A stretch of DNA of 64,000 nucleotides from a bacterium (GTDB lineage Bacteria; UBA8248), in the NCBI GenBank assembly GCA_965207065.1, contig OZ242260.1, positions 2,624,001 to 2,688,000 on the forward strand, in the 5' to 3' direction. Below are positions 1 to 9,386 of this stretch, in pieces. The translations under genes and the position numbers were made by a program. The notes beneath the pieces are model-generated. The model saw only the letters and a program-made list of their open reading frames with translations, made no database searches and was not told the origin of the DNA. Numbering within the stretch: position 1 is the first letter of the stretch; every line of letters starts with the position of its first letter.

Positions 1-70
1 ACGAAACGCCCTCGGGGGGGATATACTGGCGCCTCAATCAAGGGAACCGAATCCACCCGGAGAGAGTTTC

Positions 71-1213
71 ATGGCCATAGAACTTGCATGGTACATGTCA
101 TGTGACGGCGACAGCGCGTACATCGGCCAGATGTTCGCCGAGCATCCCCCGAGCTACGATACCTTCACCCGGATCGCGCAAAACGCCGAGCGCAGCGGCT
201 TCACCACCATCCTGGTGCCGACGTCCCAGGTGAGCGGCCACTACGGGCCGCAGGCCCCGACGTGGGACAGCATGGTGAACGCCGCGGTCATCGGTCCTGC
301 GACCAGGACGATTAAGCTGCTCCTGGCCGTCCGGGTGGGCATCATCGACCCGGCGATTTGCGCGCGGATGATGGCCTCGCTCGACGAACTCACGGGCGGG
401 CGCATCCTCTACAACATCGTGACGGGCGGCGGCGCGCTCGCAAGCTATGGCGAGACGCTCGACCACGACACGCGCTATGAACGCACGGATGAGTTTCTGG
501 AAATTCTGGAAGGCCTCTGGACGAAAGAGAAATATTCTTTCGAGGGCAAGTTCTACCGCCTGGAAGACGCCACCGTCTATCCCCGGCCCGTGCAGAAGCC
601 GAGGATTCCCTACTTCATGGCCGGGGCTTCCGATATCGCGCAGGACATCGCTATCCGGCGGGCGGAGTATTCGGTCTTCTGGGGGGAAACGCCTGAGCAG
701 GTGGCCGAGCGCGTCCGGCACATGAACGATAAATGCGAGCGTGCCGGGCGTACGCGACCGCTCAAGTACGTGACGCGCTTCCAGATATTCGCGCGCGAAA
801 CCGAAGATGAGGCCTTCGAGGCGGCGGAAGAGGTGATGAGCCGGGTCGACCCCGAGGTGCTGGCGCATCGCGGCAAGGTCATCTCCTCGTTCGAGAGCAA
901 GGGCACGAAGGATCAGCAGGCCCGCACGCGCGAGGAGATGGTGGGTCCCAACCTCTGGGCCGGCATGGGCCGCATCCGCTCGGGCTCGGCCGTCGCCATC
1001 GTGGGTTCTTATGAGCAGTGCGCGCAGAAGATCATCGAGATCGAACAGGCGGGCATCGACTTGCTGATTCTCTCGGGCTTCCCCCTGCACCGCGAATGCG
1101 AGACCGTGGGCAGGCACGTGATTCCGCTCGTGCGCGAGATGGAGAGGGAAATGGGCCTCGTGCATGAGGAGGATGAGGCATTCTTGCCCCTGAGCCAGGG
1201 GGTCTCGGTCTAG
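71..1213 (+). CDS. LLM-class flavin-dependent monooxygenase (SsuD/alkanesulfonate monooxygenase-like)
   Basis: 380 aa ORF; AERSGF, ASLDELTGGRILYNIVTG, YSFEGKFY, PNLWAG and AIVGSYEQCA segments typical of SsuD-like luciferase-family enzymes. Confidence 0.85.
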   Translation: MAIELAWYMSCDGDSAYIGQMFAEHPPSYDTFTRIAQNAERSGFTTILVPTSQVSGHYGPQAPTWDSMVNAAVIGPATRTIKLLLAVRVGIIDPAICARMMASLDELTGGRILYNIVTGGGALASYGETLDHDTRYERTDEFLEILEGLWTKEKYSFEGKFYRLEDATVYPRPVQKPRIPYFMAGASDIAQDIAIRRAEYSVFWGETPEQVAERVRHMNDKCERAGRTRPLKYVTRFQIFARETEDEAFEAAEEVMSRVDPEVLAHRGKVISSFESKGTKDQQARTREEMVGPNLWAGMGRIRSGSAVAIVGSYEQCAQKIIEIEQAGIDLLILSGFPLHRECETVGRHVIPLVREMEREMGLVHEEDEAFLPLSQGVSV

Positions 1214-1290
1214 CTTTTCAAAGATTTCTCATAATACGGGCGGACTTGGGGTCAAGTCCGCTCTCCTTTCACAGATGAGGACGAGTTTTT

Positions 1291-2466
1291 ATGAATTTCG
1301 ATTTGAACGAAGAACAAAAGGCATGGCGCGATAAGGCGAGGAAATTCGCGACCGAGGAAGTGGCGCCCATATCCTTGGAGCGGGACCTGATTTCCGACCC
1401 GCGCGAGACTTTCGACTGGGAGATCATCAAGAAAGGCTCCCGGCTCGGTTTCCGCACCGCCGTCGTGCCCAAAGAGCGCGGGGGCCACGGGATTGATTTC
1501 GTCACTCAGTCACTGGTGATGGAAGAGATCGCGCGCGGCGACAGCGCGATATCCAAGACCTTCAGTCAGTGCTGGAAGTGGAGCCACCTCATCGCCGCCT
1601 CCTGCACGGAAGATCAGAAAGACAGGTTCCTGAAGCCTTTCCTGGAAGACGACACCTATCTCTTAGGCAAAGGCGGAACCGAGGAGTCGGCGGGTTCGGA
1701 CAACCGCATGCCTTCGGACGACCCCCGGACGGGCTGGAAGCTCCAGGCGGTGCGCGAAGGCGACGAATGGGTGCTGAACGGGCGCAAGCGCTACATCGCC
1801 AACGGGAGCGTGGGCAAGCTCTTCTTCATCGACGGCAGAACGGACCCCGACGTACCCATTTCGAATGGCACCACGCTCTTCCTCGTACCGACGGATACGC
1901 CGGGCTTTCGCGTCGGCAAAGTGTACGACAAGATCGGCTGGCGGTTTTACCAGAACGCGGAGCTCATTTTCGAGGACGCCCGCGTGCCGCACGCCAACAT
2001 AGTGGGTGAGGTGAACCGGGGCATCCAGGCGAGAAAGGGCGATACGTCCGAATTCGGCGACCTGGAACTTTCCTCCAACGGGTTGGGCGTGTGCCAGGCG
2101 GCGGTCGACAAGGCAATGCACCACGCGAGAACGCGCTGGCAGGGCGGCAAATACATCATCGAGCACCAGGCCATACAGCTCAAACTCTCCGAGATGCACA
2201 TGCTCACCGAGGCGCTGCGCTCCTACGTCATGCGCACCGCGTGCGACTTGGAAAAGGGCGCGGACCGCGACATGAAGCACAACATCCTGCTCATGAATTT
2301 CTCGACTGACGTCATCCAGCGCGTCACCCACCTGTGCATGGACATCCACGGGGGCGCCGGCGTCATGAAGGACGAGGGCGTGGAGAAACTCGTACGCGAC
2401 GCTATCGTCTGGACGCATCTGGCAGGCGACTCCGTACAGCGCCTCAAGGTCATCAAACACCTGTAA
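1291..2466 (+). CDS. acyl-CoA dehydrogenase family protein
   Basis: 391 aa; TEESAGSD, WVLNGRKRYIANG, DKIGWR, QAIQLKLSEM and DIHGGAG motifs. Confidence 0.9.
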   Translation: MNFDLNEEQKAWRDKARKFATEEVAPISLERDLISDPRETFDWEIIKKGSRLGFRTAVVPKERGGHGIDFVTQSLVMEEIARGDSAISKTFSQCWKWSHLIAASCTEDQKDRFLKPFLEDDTYLLGKGGTEESAGSDNRMPSDDPRTGWKLQAVREGDEWVLNGRKRYIANGSVGKLFFIDGRTDPDVPISNGTTLFLVPTDTPGFRVGKVYDKIGWRFYQNAELIFEDARVPHANIVGEVNRGIQARKGDTSEFGDLELSSNGLGVCQAAVDKAMHHARTRWQGGKYIIEHQAIQLKLSEMHMLTEALRSYVMRTACDLEKGADRDMKHNILLMNFSTDVIQRVTHLCMDIHGGAGVMKDEGVEKLVRDAIVWTHLAGDSVQRLKVIKHL

Positions 2467-2479
2467 TCGGGGGAATCCA

Positions 2480-3559
2480 ATGAGCGACAAATCGATTTCC
2501 CTGGCGGTGATTCTGGGCGACGGCGTGGGGCACGATGTGCTGCCCGTAGCGACGGAGGTGATCCGGGCGGCGGCGGGCGCCGAGGGAGTGGCCGTCGAGC
2601 CGCAAGTCTATGACTACGGCGCGCTCCACTACCTCGAACACGGAACTCCCCTGCCGGAAGACGTGGAGGGCCTGGTGCGGGGTCTGGCGGACAAACACGA
2701 CGCCATCCTGTTCGGAAGCGCCGGCCTCGACCCCAGGATTCCTGCGGACGTGAACTGCCGCGATCTCCTGCGCGCGCTTCGCTTCGAACTGGATTTGTAC
2801 GTGAATCTGCGTCCGGCGCCCCTGCTGCATCCGGATTTTTCTCCCCTGAAGAGAGACACCGCTATCGACCTCGTCGTCGTGCGCGAGAACACCGAAGGGT
2901 TGAACGTGCGCGTGGGCGGCAACTTCAAGAAGGGAACGCCGGATGAAGTCGCCATCCAGGAGGACGTCAACACGTACAAGGGCGTCTCGCGCATCTGCCG
3001 CTACGCCTTCGAATACGCACGAAAACACGGCTACCCCAAGGTGACCATGGCGGACAAGCATGGCTCCATCATCCACGCGCACGGCCTGTGGCAGCGCGTA
3101 TTCTGGCAGACGTCAGAGGAATTCACTGACGTTGAAGGGGAGCACTACTTCATCGACACACTGTGTCAGGACCTTCTCTTCAAGCCGGAGGATTTCGGCG
3201 TCATCGTCACCAACAACATGTTTGGCGACATTCTGAGCGATCTCTGCGCCGGGCTCGTGGGGGGCGTGGGGCTGGCGGCGTCGGGGTGTATCCATCCGGG
3301 CCGCGTCTGCATGTTCGAGCCCGTGCACGGCACGGCGCCCGATATCGCCCTCAAGGGAATCGCGAACCCATTCGCGGTCTGCCTCACGGGCAGAATCCTG
3401 CTGAACACGCTGGGTCTCGATAAGGCGGCGGACTTAATCTGGGAGGCGATACGCTCCGCCGTCCGTGAGAAAAAGACCACGACGGATCTCGGCGGTTCGC
3501 TGAATACCCGGGAAGTGGGCGATTACCTCTGCGCGCACATCGAAAAATCGGGCGCGTAG
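2480..3559 (+). CDS. isocitrate/isopropylmalate/tartrate dehydrogenase family protein
   Basis: 359 aa; GDGVG, NLRP, VVVRENTEG, NMFGDILSD and FEPVHGTAPDIA motifs. Confidence 0.9.
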   Translation: MSDKSISLAVILGDGVGHDVLPVATEVIRAAAGAEGVAVEPQVYDYGALHYLEHGTPLPEDVEGLVRGLADKHDAILFGSAGLDPRIPADVNCRDLLRALRFELDLYVNLRPAPLLHPDFSPLKRDTAIDLVVVRENTEGLNVRVGGNFKKGTPDEVAIQEDVNTYKGVSRICRYAFEYARKHGYPKVTMADKHGSIIHAHGLWQRVFWQTSEEFTDVEGEHYFIDTLCQDLLFKPEDFGVIVTNNMFGDILSDLCAGLVGGVGLAASGCIHPGRVCMFEPVHGTAPDIALKGIANPFAVCLTGRILLNTLGLDKAADLIWEAIRSAVREKKTTTDLGGSLNTREVGDYLCAHIEKSGA

Positions 3560-3720
3560 ATTTTGAAGATTATACGGTTTCCAGTTTTTTGATTCGCTTG
3601 TTTCAAGCCGCCGAACGATGCGCCATGAAGAGCCTCTGGTGCGATAAGTTCCCTTGTCAGAGGCTATTGCGGTCGCTAACATGATGAAGAGGACCCTTCC
3701 TTCAATGAGGGGATCGCAAG

Positions 3721-3903
3721 ATGACAGAATTCGAAACGGCGACGCTGGCGGTGCAGAGAATGGGCGTACTGGTTGCGGCCCTGGTCGGGTTTTCGCAATG
3801 CGCGCTCATCGGCGGGGGCCTCGTCATTATGCGCCGCGATTTGATCATGAGAGAAAAAGCGCTCGACGAACTCATCAGGCGGACGAGCAGGGCGGAGGAA
3901 TAA
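3721..3903 (+). CDS. small hypothetical protein with one hydrophobic segment
   Basis: 60 aa ORF in an intergenic gap, GAGGGG RBS-like sequence upstream, hydrophobic stretch then charged helix. Confidence 0.5.
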   Translation: MTEFETATLAVQRMGVLVAALVGFSQCALIGGGLVIMRRDLIMREKALDELIRRTSRAEE

Positions 3904-3977
3904 GTAGGAACTCTGCCTTGGAGCGGCAAATTCCACCAATCTTTCATCGTTCCTTTTAAGAATACGGAAGTCCAATT

Positions 3978-5663
3978 ATGCCTTTTGAAGTCGGCGCGCC
4001 CGCGCACGCGGGCCAGATAGTCGTAGACGCGCTCGTCAGGGAAAACGTCAAGAGGCTCTATTGCCTCCCCGGCTCACATCTACTTCAGTTCTACGATGCG
4101 CTGAGACAAGCCCCCTCCATCGGTCTCGTCACCTGCAAGCAGGAGCCGAACGCCTCCCTCATGGCCGACGCCTACGGGCGGCTCACCGGAGAGCCCGGCG
4201 TATGCCTGCTCACGGCGGGGCCGGGCGGCGCGAACTCCATCGCGGGTGTGGCCCAGGCCTACGGCGCGGCGTCGCCGATGGTGCACATCACGGGTTCGGT
4301 ACCCCTCGATGCGTCACGCGAGGCGTTCCACGGGGTGGACGACCCCGACTTTCTGGTCGAGATGTTCCGGAACGTCACCAAGTGGAGCGTTCGCGTGAAG
4401 CGTATGGAGGACATCTCGGGCGTCATGGCCAAAGCGTTCCAGGTCGCCAGAAGCGGGAGGCCGGGCCCGGTACACGTAGAGATACCGAGACTTACCGACT
4501 ACAGCCCCCATCTGTTGCAGGAAGCCCCCATCGCGCTGCCGGAATACGCGCCGCAGCCGGTGGAAGTCGTCGCTCCCAATGCGGAGGACGTCGCCCAGTA
4601 CGCGCGCAGGCTGCTGGCGGCGAAATATCCCGTCATCTGTGCGGGCAAGGGGGTGATACGCAAAGGAGCGATGGAAGAACTCGCGCGGATCGCCGATAAA
4701 TTCTCCATTCCCGTCATCTACCCCCAGGACGCGATGGGCGTTATCCCGGAGGAACACCCTCTGGCGGTGGGGCATTATTTCGCTTTTAGAAATAATTCGT
4801 TCATGGACGGCGTCACCGAGAAGTGCGATCTGATGATGTTCATCGGCCTGAGAGCCGCCACGGCGGAGGTGGAGCACATCGACCCCTACGCGCCTTCGGA
4901 TCGGATATTCATCGGTTTCGACGACGCGGAGGATGCGCACTACGGAGATGCGGATGAGATTGTCGCCGACCCCGGCATGTTCCTGAGCGCCCTGGAGGAG
5001 CATCTCGCGGAAGAGAACGGACACGCGAAAGACGAAGTAAGAAAGCAGATCGCGCAGGGCAAAGCGGATCTGAGGAGGCAGGCCCTGGGGGTCATCCAGG
5101 GCCATGAGAGCGAGACGCCGGTCCACCCGGCGCTGTTGATGGAAAAGCTAGCTGCCCACATCAAGACCGACGCCATCGTCGTCTCCGACGTGGGCAACTG
5201 CCAGATGTTTGCCCGCTACTACGTGCCGCTCACGAACCAGTTCTCCTTCATGCAGTCGGGCGTGTGGAACGCCATGTCCTTCGCTCTGCCCACGGCCATC
5301 GTCGCCAAGATGGAATACCCCGAGCGCGACGTTATCGGCCTGGTGGGTGACGGCGCGTTCCTGATGACGATCGGCGATTTCGTGACGGCGAGCGAATACG
5401 GCGCGAACATCGTGATGATTGTCTTAAACGACGGCTCCTACGGCCAGATAGACCGCCAGCAGCAAAACCTCTACGGCGCGGCCTACGGCTGCGACTTCAA
5501 AAGCCCGAATTTCGCCGATATGGCGCGCTCCTTCGACGCGTTCGGCGTACGGGTGGAAGACCCCGCCGAGCTGGACGAAGCCATCGAGGCGGCCCTCTCG
5601 GCGGGCAAGCCGGCCATCGTGGAAGTCATGACGCGCGAGCAGCCCCTGCCGAAGATTTCATAA
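3978..5663 (+). CDS. thiamine diphosphate-dependent enzyme (acetolactate synthase large subunit-like)
   Basis: 561 aa; QEPNASLMADAYGRLTG, GRPGPVHVEIP, GDGAF...NDGSYG ThDP-binding motif. Confidence 0.9.
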   Translation: MPFEVGAPAHAGQIVVDALVRENVKRLYCLPGSHLLQFYDALRQAPSIGLVTCKQEPNASLMADAYGRLTGEPGVCLLTAGPGGANSIAGVAQAYGAASPMVHITGSVPLDASREAFHGVDDPDFLVEMFRNVTKWSVRVKRMEDISGVMAKAFQVARSGRPGPVHVEIPRLTDYSPHLLQEAPIALPEYAPQPVEVVAPNAEDVAQYARRLLAAKYPVICAGKGVIRKGAMEELARIADKFSIPVIYPQDAMGVIPEEHPLAVGHYFAFRNNSFMDGVTEKCDLMMFIGLRAATAEVEHIDPYAPSDRIFIGFDDAEDAHYGDADEIVADPGMFLSALEEHLAEENGHAKDEVRKQIAQGKADLRRQALGVIQGHESETPVHPALLMEKLAAHIKTDAIVVSDVGNCQMFARYYVPLTNQFSFMQSGVWNAMSFALPTAIVAKMEYPERDVIGLVGDGAFLMTIGDFVTASEYGANIVMIVLNDGSYGQIDRQQQNLYGAAYGCDFKSPNFADMARSFDAFGVRVEDPAELDEAIEAALSAGKPAIVEVMTREQPLPKIS

Positions 5664-5774
5664 AAGGGATGCTTCGGGCAAATTCGCAACTCGTGTGGTT
5701 TCTGCGCGCCCGATGAAAGTTCCCGTCTCCCTTATTACGGCTAAATAACCACTCAATAATCGAGGAGTTTCACC

Positions 5775-6557
5775 ATGGACATTCGTCTGGACGGAAAAAA
5801 AGCGCTCATCACGGGCGGCAGCCGGGGCATGGGCCGGGGCATGGCGCTCAAGTTCTCTGAATCAGGGGCCGAGGTGGCCATCGTCGCGAGGCGGGCCGAC
5901 GTGCTTGAGGAGACGAAGGCGGAGATTGAAGCCGCCACCGGGGGCAGGGTGTTCGCCTACTCGTGCGATATGGGTGATGCCGAAGCGATCAAGGCGATGT
6001 GGGCCGCAGCGCTCGGGGATTTGGGGCAAATCGACATTCTCGTGAACAACGCAGGCACCTCCACCCGGGGGCCGTTCGAGGAGATAACCGACGAGATGTG
6101 GGAGGAGGACCTGGGCTTGAAACTCTTCGGCGCCATCAGGACCTGCCGCCTCGCGTTTCCGGCGATGAAAGAGCGCCGCTGGGGCCGCATCATCAACGTC
6201 GTGACGGTGGCGGGAAAGGCGCCGCCCGCTACGAGCGCGCCCACGTCGGTCTCGCGCGCCGCAGGCATGGCGATGACCAAGGTGCTCGCGGGTGAAGGCG
6301 CGCCCTACAACGTGCTCGTGAACGCGCTGTGCACGGGCCGCATCGTGTCGGATCAGATCGCGCGGCGCTACGAGCGGGAAAAGCCCGAAGTTTCGTTTGA
6401 GGAATACGTCGCCGAAGCCGGGCGCGACATTCCGCTCGGGCGGATGGGAACGGCTGAGGAATATGCCAACATGGCGTGTTTTCTCGCCTCGGACGCCGCG
6501 TCTTTCATCACGGGGACGGCGGTGAACATCGACGGGGGATTCTGCCCGGTCGTGTAG
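5775..6557 (+). CDS. short-chain dehydrogenase/reductase
   Basis: 260 aa; TGGSRGMG, NNAG, IPLGRMG; the usual YxxxK catalytic motif reads TSVSR here. Confidence 0.9.
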   Translation: MDIRLDGKKALITGGSRGMGRGMALKFSESGAEVAIVARRADVLEETKAEIEAATGGRVFAYSCDMGDAEAIKAMWAAALGDLGQIDILVNNAGTSTRGPFEEITDEMWEEDLGLKLFGAIRTCRLAFPAMKERRWGRIINVVTVAGKAPPATSAPTSVSRAAGMAMTKVLAGEGAPYNVLVNALCTGRIVSDQIARRYEREKPEVSFEEYVAEAGRDIPLGRMGTAEEYANMACFLASDAASFITGTAVNIDGGFCPVV

Positions 6558-6653
6558 GCTCGGGGATTTCGGTGCGTGGGTTTCTTTCGGGAGATTCGGA
6601 GGGGAACGTCGCGTCCAGATCTACTAGGTAGGTTTTTTTTACTCCCTCGTTGA

Positions 6654-6847
6654 GGGGCTGTTGGAAAAGCCCGAGAGGGAAAATTTTTTTAGTGTGTAGG
6701 GGTCGCATATTATGCGACCCTTCCCGTTAGGGGCGGGCGGGCCGCATAATATGCGGCCCCTACAAAAACCGTCCCTTCCCGGTCGGTCCGACGTCGGAAT
6801 GACGGTGCCGGTCAATACCGATCGAAGAAGGGTTTTTCAACAACCCC
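6654..6847. mobile_element. MITE-like element with terminal inverted repeats, carrying a GTAG-type REP pair
   Basis: GGGGCTGTTGGAAAAGCCC (6654-6672) and GGGTTTTTCAACAACCCC (6830-6847); TTGA on both flanks (6650-6653, 6848-6851); internal inverted palindromes at 6696-6720 and 6739-6763. Confidence 0.7.
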
Positions 6848-6921
6848 TTGAGGGGGAGTGATTTTCTCTCTTGTGGGTCAGCCAGGATTCTCTAGAGAGG
6901 AGTGATTTCTCCCTATTCCCC

Positions 6922-7638
6922 TCAATTCTCCGCATCATCCCCGGGATACGGACACACCGCCCGTAGCGGGCATTCATCGCATTTGGGCTTGGGGCGGCAG
7001 AAGGTGTGCCCCAGGCGCACGAGCAGGGCGTGGTATTCGTTGAAAAGAGCCACATCTTCGGGCAGATGCGCCGTGAGGCTCTCCTGTAAGGCGAGGTAGG
7101 CCCTGTCTCCGTTTTTAGACGCCGCAAAATTTCCGAGCCGGGAGAATATGCGCTTCGTGTAGGCGTCCACCACGAAGGCGGGCCTCTCCGCGGCGTAGAG
7201 CGTGATGGAGTCGGCCGTCTCGCGCCCCACGCCGTCAAGGCCCATGAGTTCCTCATGCAATTCCTCCGTCGGCAGGCTCAAAAAATTGTCCACGTCACTA
7301 TCGAAATGTTTCGAGAGGTAGGCGATGAACCCTTTGATTCTTTTCGCCTTCATGTTGAAAAACCGGGCGGGCCGGATGAGGCGGGCAAGGCGGTCGCGCC
7401 GCACCTTCTTGAGCGCGCCCTCCGTCAGGAGGCCCTCTTTGTTAAGGTTCCCGATCGCGCGCGCCGCGTTCGCCCACGAGGTGTTCTGGACGAGAATGGC
7501 CCCCAGGCAGACTTCGAGCGTCGTCTCGCCGGGCCACCAGTCCTGCGGACCGAAACGCGTATACAGGCGCTCGTAAATATCCATGAGGCGCTTTCGGCTG
7601 AGGTCCGATTTCGGTGTGGATAATTTTCCCTGCGCCAT
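6922..7638 (-). CDS. endonuclease III-like HhH-GPD DNA glycosylase with Fe-S cluster
   Basis: GAILVQNTSW, LMGLDGVGRETADSI HhH, FVVDAYTKR and C-terminal CRPKPKCDECPLRAVC; start placed at MAQGK (ORF is open to 7779). Confidence 0.85.
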   Translation of the reverse strand: MAQGKLSTPKSDLSRKRLMDIYERLYTRFGPQDWWPGETTLEVCLGAILVQNTSWANAARAIGNLNKEGLLTEGALKKVRRDRLARLIRPARFFNMKAKRIKGFIAYLSKHFDSDVDNFLSLPTEELHEELMGLDGVGRETADSITLYAAERPAFVVDAYTKRIFSRLGNFAASKNGDRAYLALQESLTAHLPEDVALFNEYHALLVRLGHTFCRPKPKCDECPLRAVCPYPGDDAEN

Positions 7639-7809
7639 GCTCGCCTCACTCAAGCCCGTGGTGTAGATTCCTACTTTTATATGGGCGGACTCCGAAGCGC
7701 AAAGACGCATCCTTAGCCCTTGCGTGGTTTCGTTACGCCACAGGATGGGCGATACAGGCGAACCGTGTTTCGCAATCATGGATTCACAACTCCGTATAAG
7801 GAACGTTCG

Positions 7810-8775
7810 ATGAAAAAAGGCGCGAAAATTCTTGTGGGCGACTGCGCCGGCGTGAAAGAAGGCGAGGACGTGCTCATCGTCACCGACGCCGAGCGTCTGC
7901 CCATCGCTCAGGCGCTTTGCGACGAGGCGGGAGATTTGGGCGCTTGGGCCACGATAGCCGTCTCACCGTCCAGAAGCATCGACAACGAGGAACCCCCGCG
8001 AGCGGTGGCCGAGGCGATGCGGGCGTCCGACGTGGTTTTCCTGCCCGTCACCCACGCTCTCGCCCATACGCGGGCGACGCGGGAGGCGGTCGGCGCAGGT
8101 GCGCGCGTGCTCTCGATGACGGCGTTCACGCCCGGCCAGATGGAGCACGGCGGCCTGATGGCCGATTTCAGGGCCAGAAAACCGCTCTGCGACGCCCTGG
8201 CTGCTCGGCTGAGCCAGGCGCGCGAAGTGCGCGTCACCAACCCGGCGGGTACCGAACTCGTGCTTTCAGTCGAAGGCCGCGCGGGCAACAGCCACGCCTG
8301 CGTGCTCGACGGCCCAGGCTTCACCGCCGTACCGAATATCGAGGCCAACACGTCGCCTCTGGACGGGACGACGAACGGCACGCTCGTGGTGGACGGCAGC
8401 ATTCCCTATTACGGCGTGGGGGTTATCGAGGAGCCTGTGACTTTCCGTATCGAGAAGGGATTCGTGCGGGAGATTTCGGGCGGGCGGCAGGCGGAATTCC
8501 TCGCTGAACTTCTGGCCGCGCAGGATGATAAATGGGTCTACAACGTCGCGCAGTTCGCGATGGGTCTCAATCCCGAATGTGTGGATTTCACCGGCGAGAT
8601 GCTGAATGACGAGGGTGTGAACGGCACGATCCACATCGGAATCGGAACCTCCGCCATGCTGGGCGGCGACGTGCAGGCCAAGACCCACTTCGACGCCATC
8701 ATCCGCGCGCCTTCGGTCTGGTTCGACGGCGAGGCCATCATCAGAGACGGCGAGATACTCCTGAGCGCGGAATGA
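7810..8775 (+). CDS. M29/aminopeptidase T-like metalloprotein (fold shared with NicX-type dioxygenases)
   Basis: GEDVLIVTD, NPAGTEL, QFAMGLNP, GTIHIGIG and HFD motifs; start placed at MKKGA. Confidence 0.7.
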   Translation: MKKGAKILVGDCAGVKEGEDVLIVTDAERLPIAQALCDEAGDLGAWATIAVSPSRSIDNEEPPRAVAEAMRASDVVFLPVTHALAHTRATREAVGAGARVLSMTAFTPGQMEHGGLMADFRARKPLCDALAARLSQAREVRVTNPAGTELVLSVEGRAGNSHACVLDGPGFTAVPNIEANTSPLDGTTNGTLVVDGSIPYYGVGVIEEPVTFRIEKGFVREISGGRQAEFLAELLAAQDDKWVYNVAQFAMGLNPECVDFTGEMLNDEGVNGTIHIGIGTSAMLGGDVQAKTHFDAIIRAPSVWFDGEAIIRDGEILLSAE

Positions 8776-8836
8776 TATTTGAACGCTTGCAGTTTCGCCT
8801 GGAAATGGAAAATTGTTTTTCAATGAGACGCGTTGA

Positions 8837-9373
8837 ATGAAAAAAATGAAGTTTGTTTCTATTTCCGCGTGCTTTCTCCTCTTGGTGATGGTCTGTCAAA
8901 GCACAGCCGCGCAGCCTTTGAACAAAAGCTACCTTCAGGGGCTTCTCTCGAATCCGCCCCGGCATCAGGAGAAATTAAAACCGGGGACGCGTCATGGCTG
9001 CGTCCACATACCCGCAAGGGGTTTCATACAAAGGCTCATGGTGGGCTTTGAAGTCACCGGGGAGAACTGTTCCGTAACGGTGAACCGGGACAACACCGTA
9101 GCGGTCAGTTTCCTGGGCGATGCCGTCATCCCCCTTGTGAGCACCAGCACGGAGCAACGCCGCAACGATATTTTCGTCGGGGGATTGGAAAAAGATCAGG
9201 TGCTCATCGTCCAGCATCATCGGGGCGAGGTCGTCTCGCTCACCCAGACCGTCTATGACGAAAGCGGCGACGTGGTGTATGGCCGCTCCGGGAATGGCGA
9301 CTATATCAGGGAATGCCACTTCGGCATGACGACATCCGAAAGGTTGGCCGGCAGAAAGAAGTGCAAAAAATAA
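8837..9373 (+). CDS. hypothetical exported protein
   Basis: 178 aa ORF with basic N-terminus and hydrophobic signal-like segment; fills the gap between co-oriented genes. Confidence 0.6.
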   Translation: MKKMKFVSISACFLLLVMVCQSTAAQPLNKSYLQGLLSNPPRHQEKLKPGTRHGCVHIPARGFIQRLMVGFEVTGENCSVTVNRDNTVAVSFLGDAVIPLVSTSTEQRRNDIFVGGLEKDQVLIVQHHRGEVVSLTQTVYDESGDVVYGRSGNGDYIRECHFGMTTSERLAGRKKCKK

Positions 9374-9386
9374 TGTTGTATGCGAG

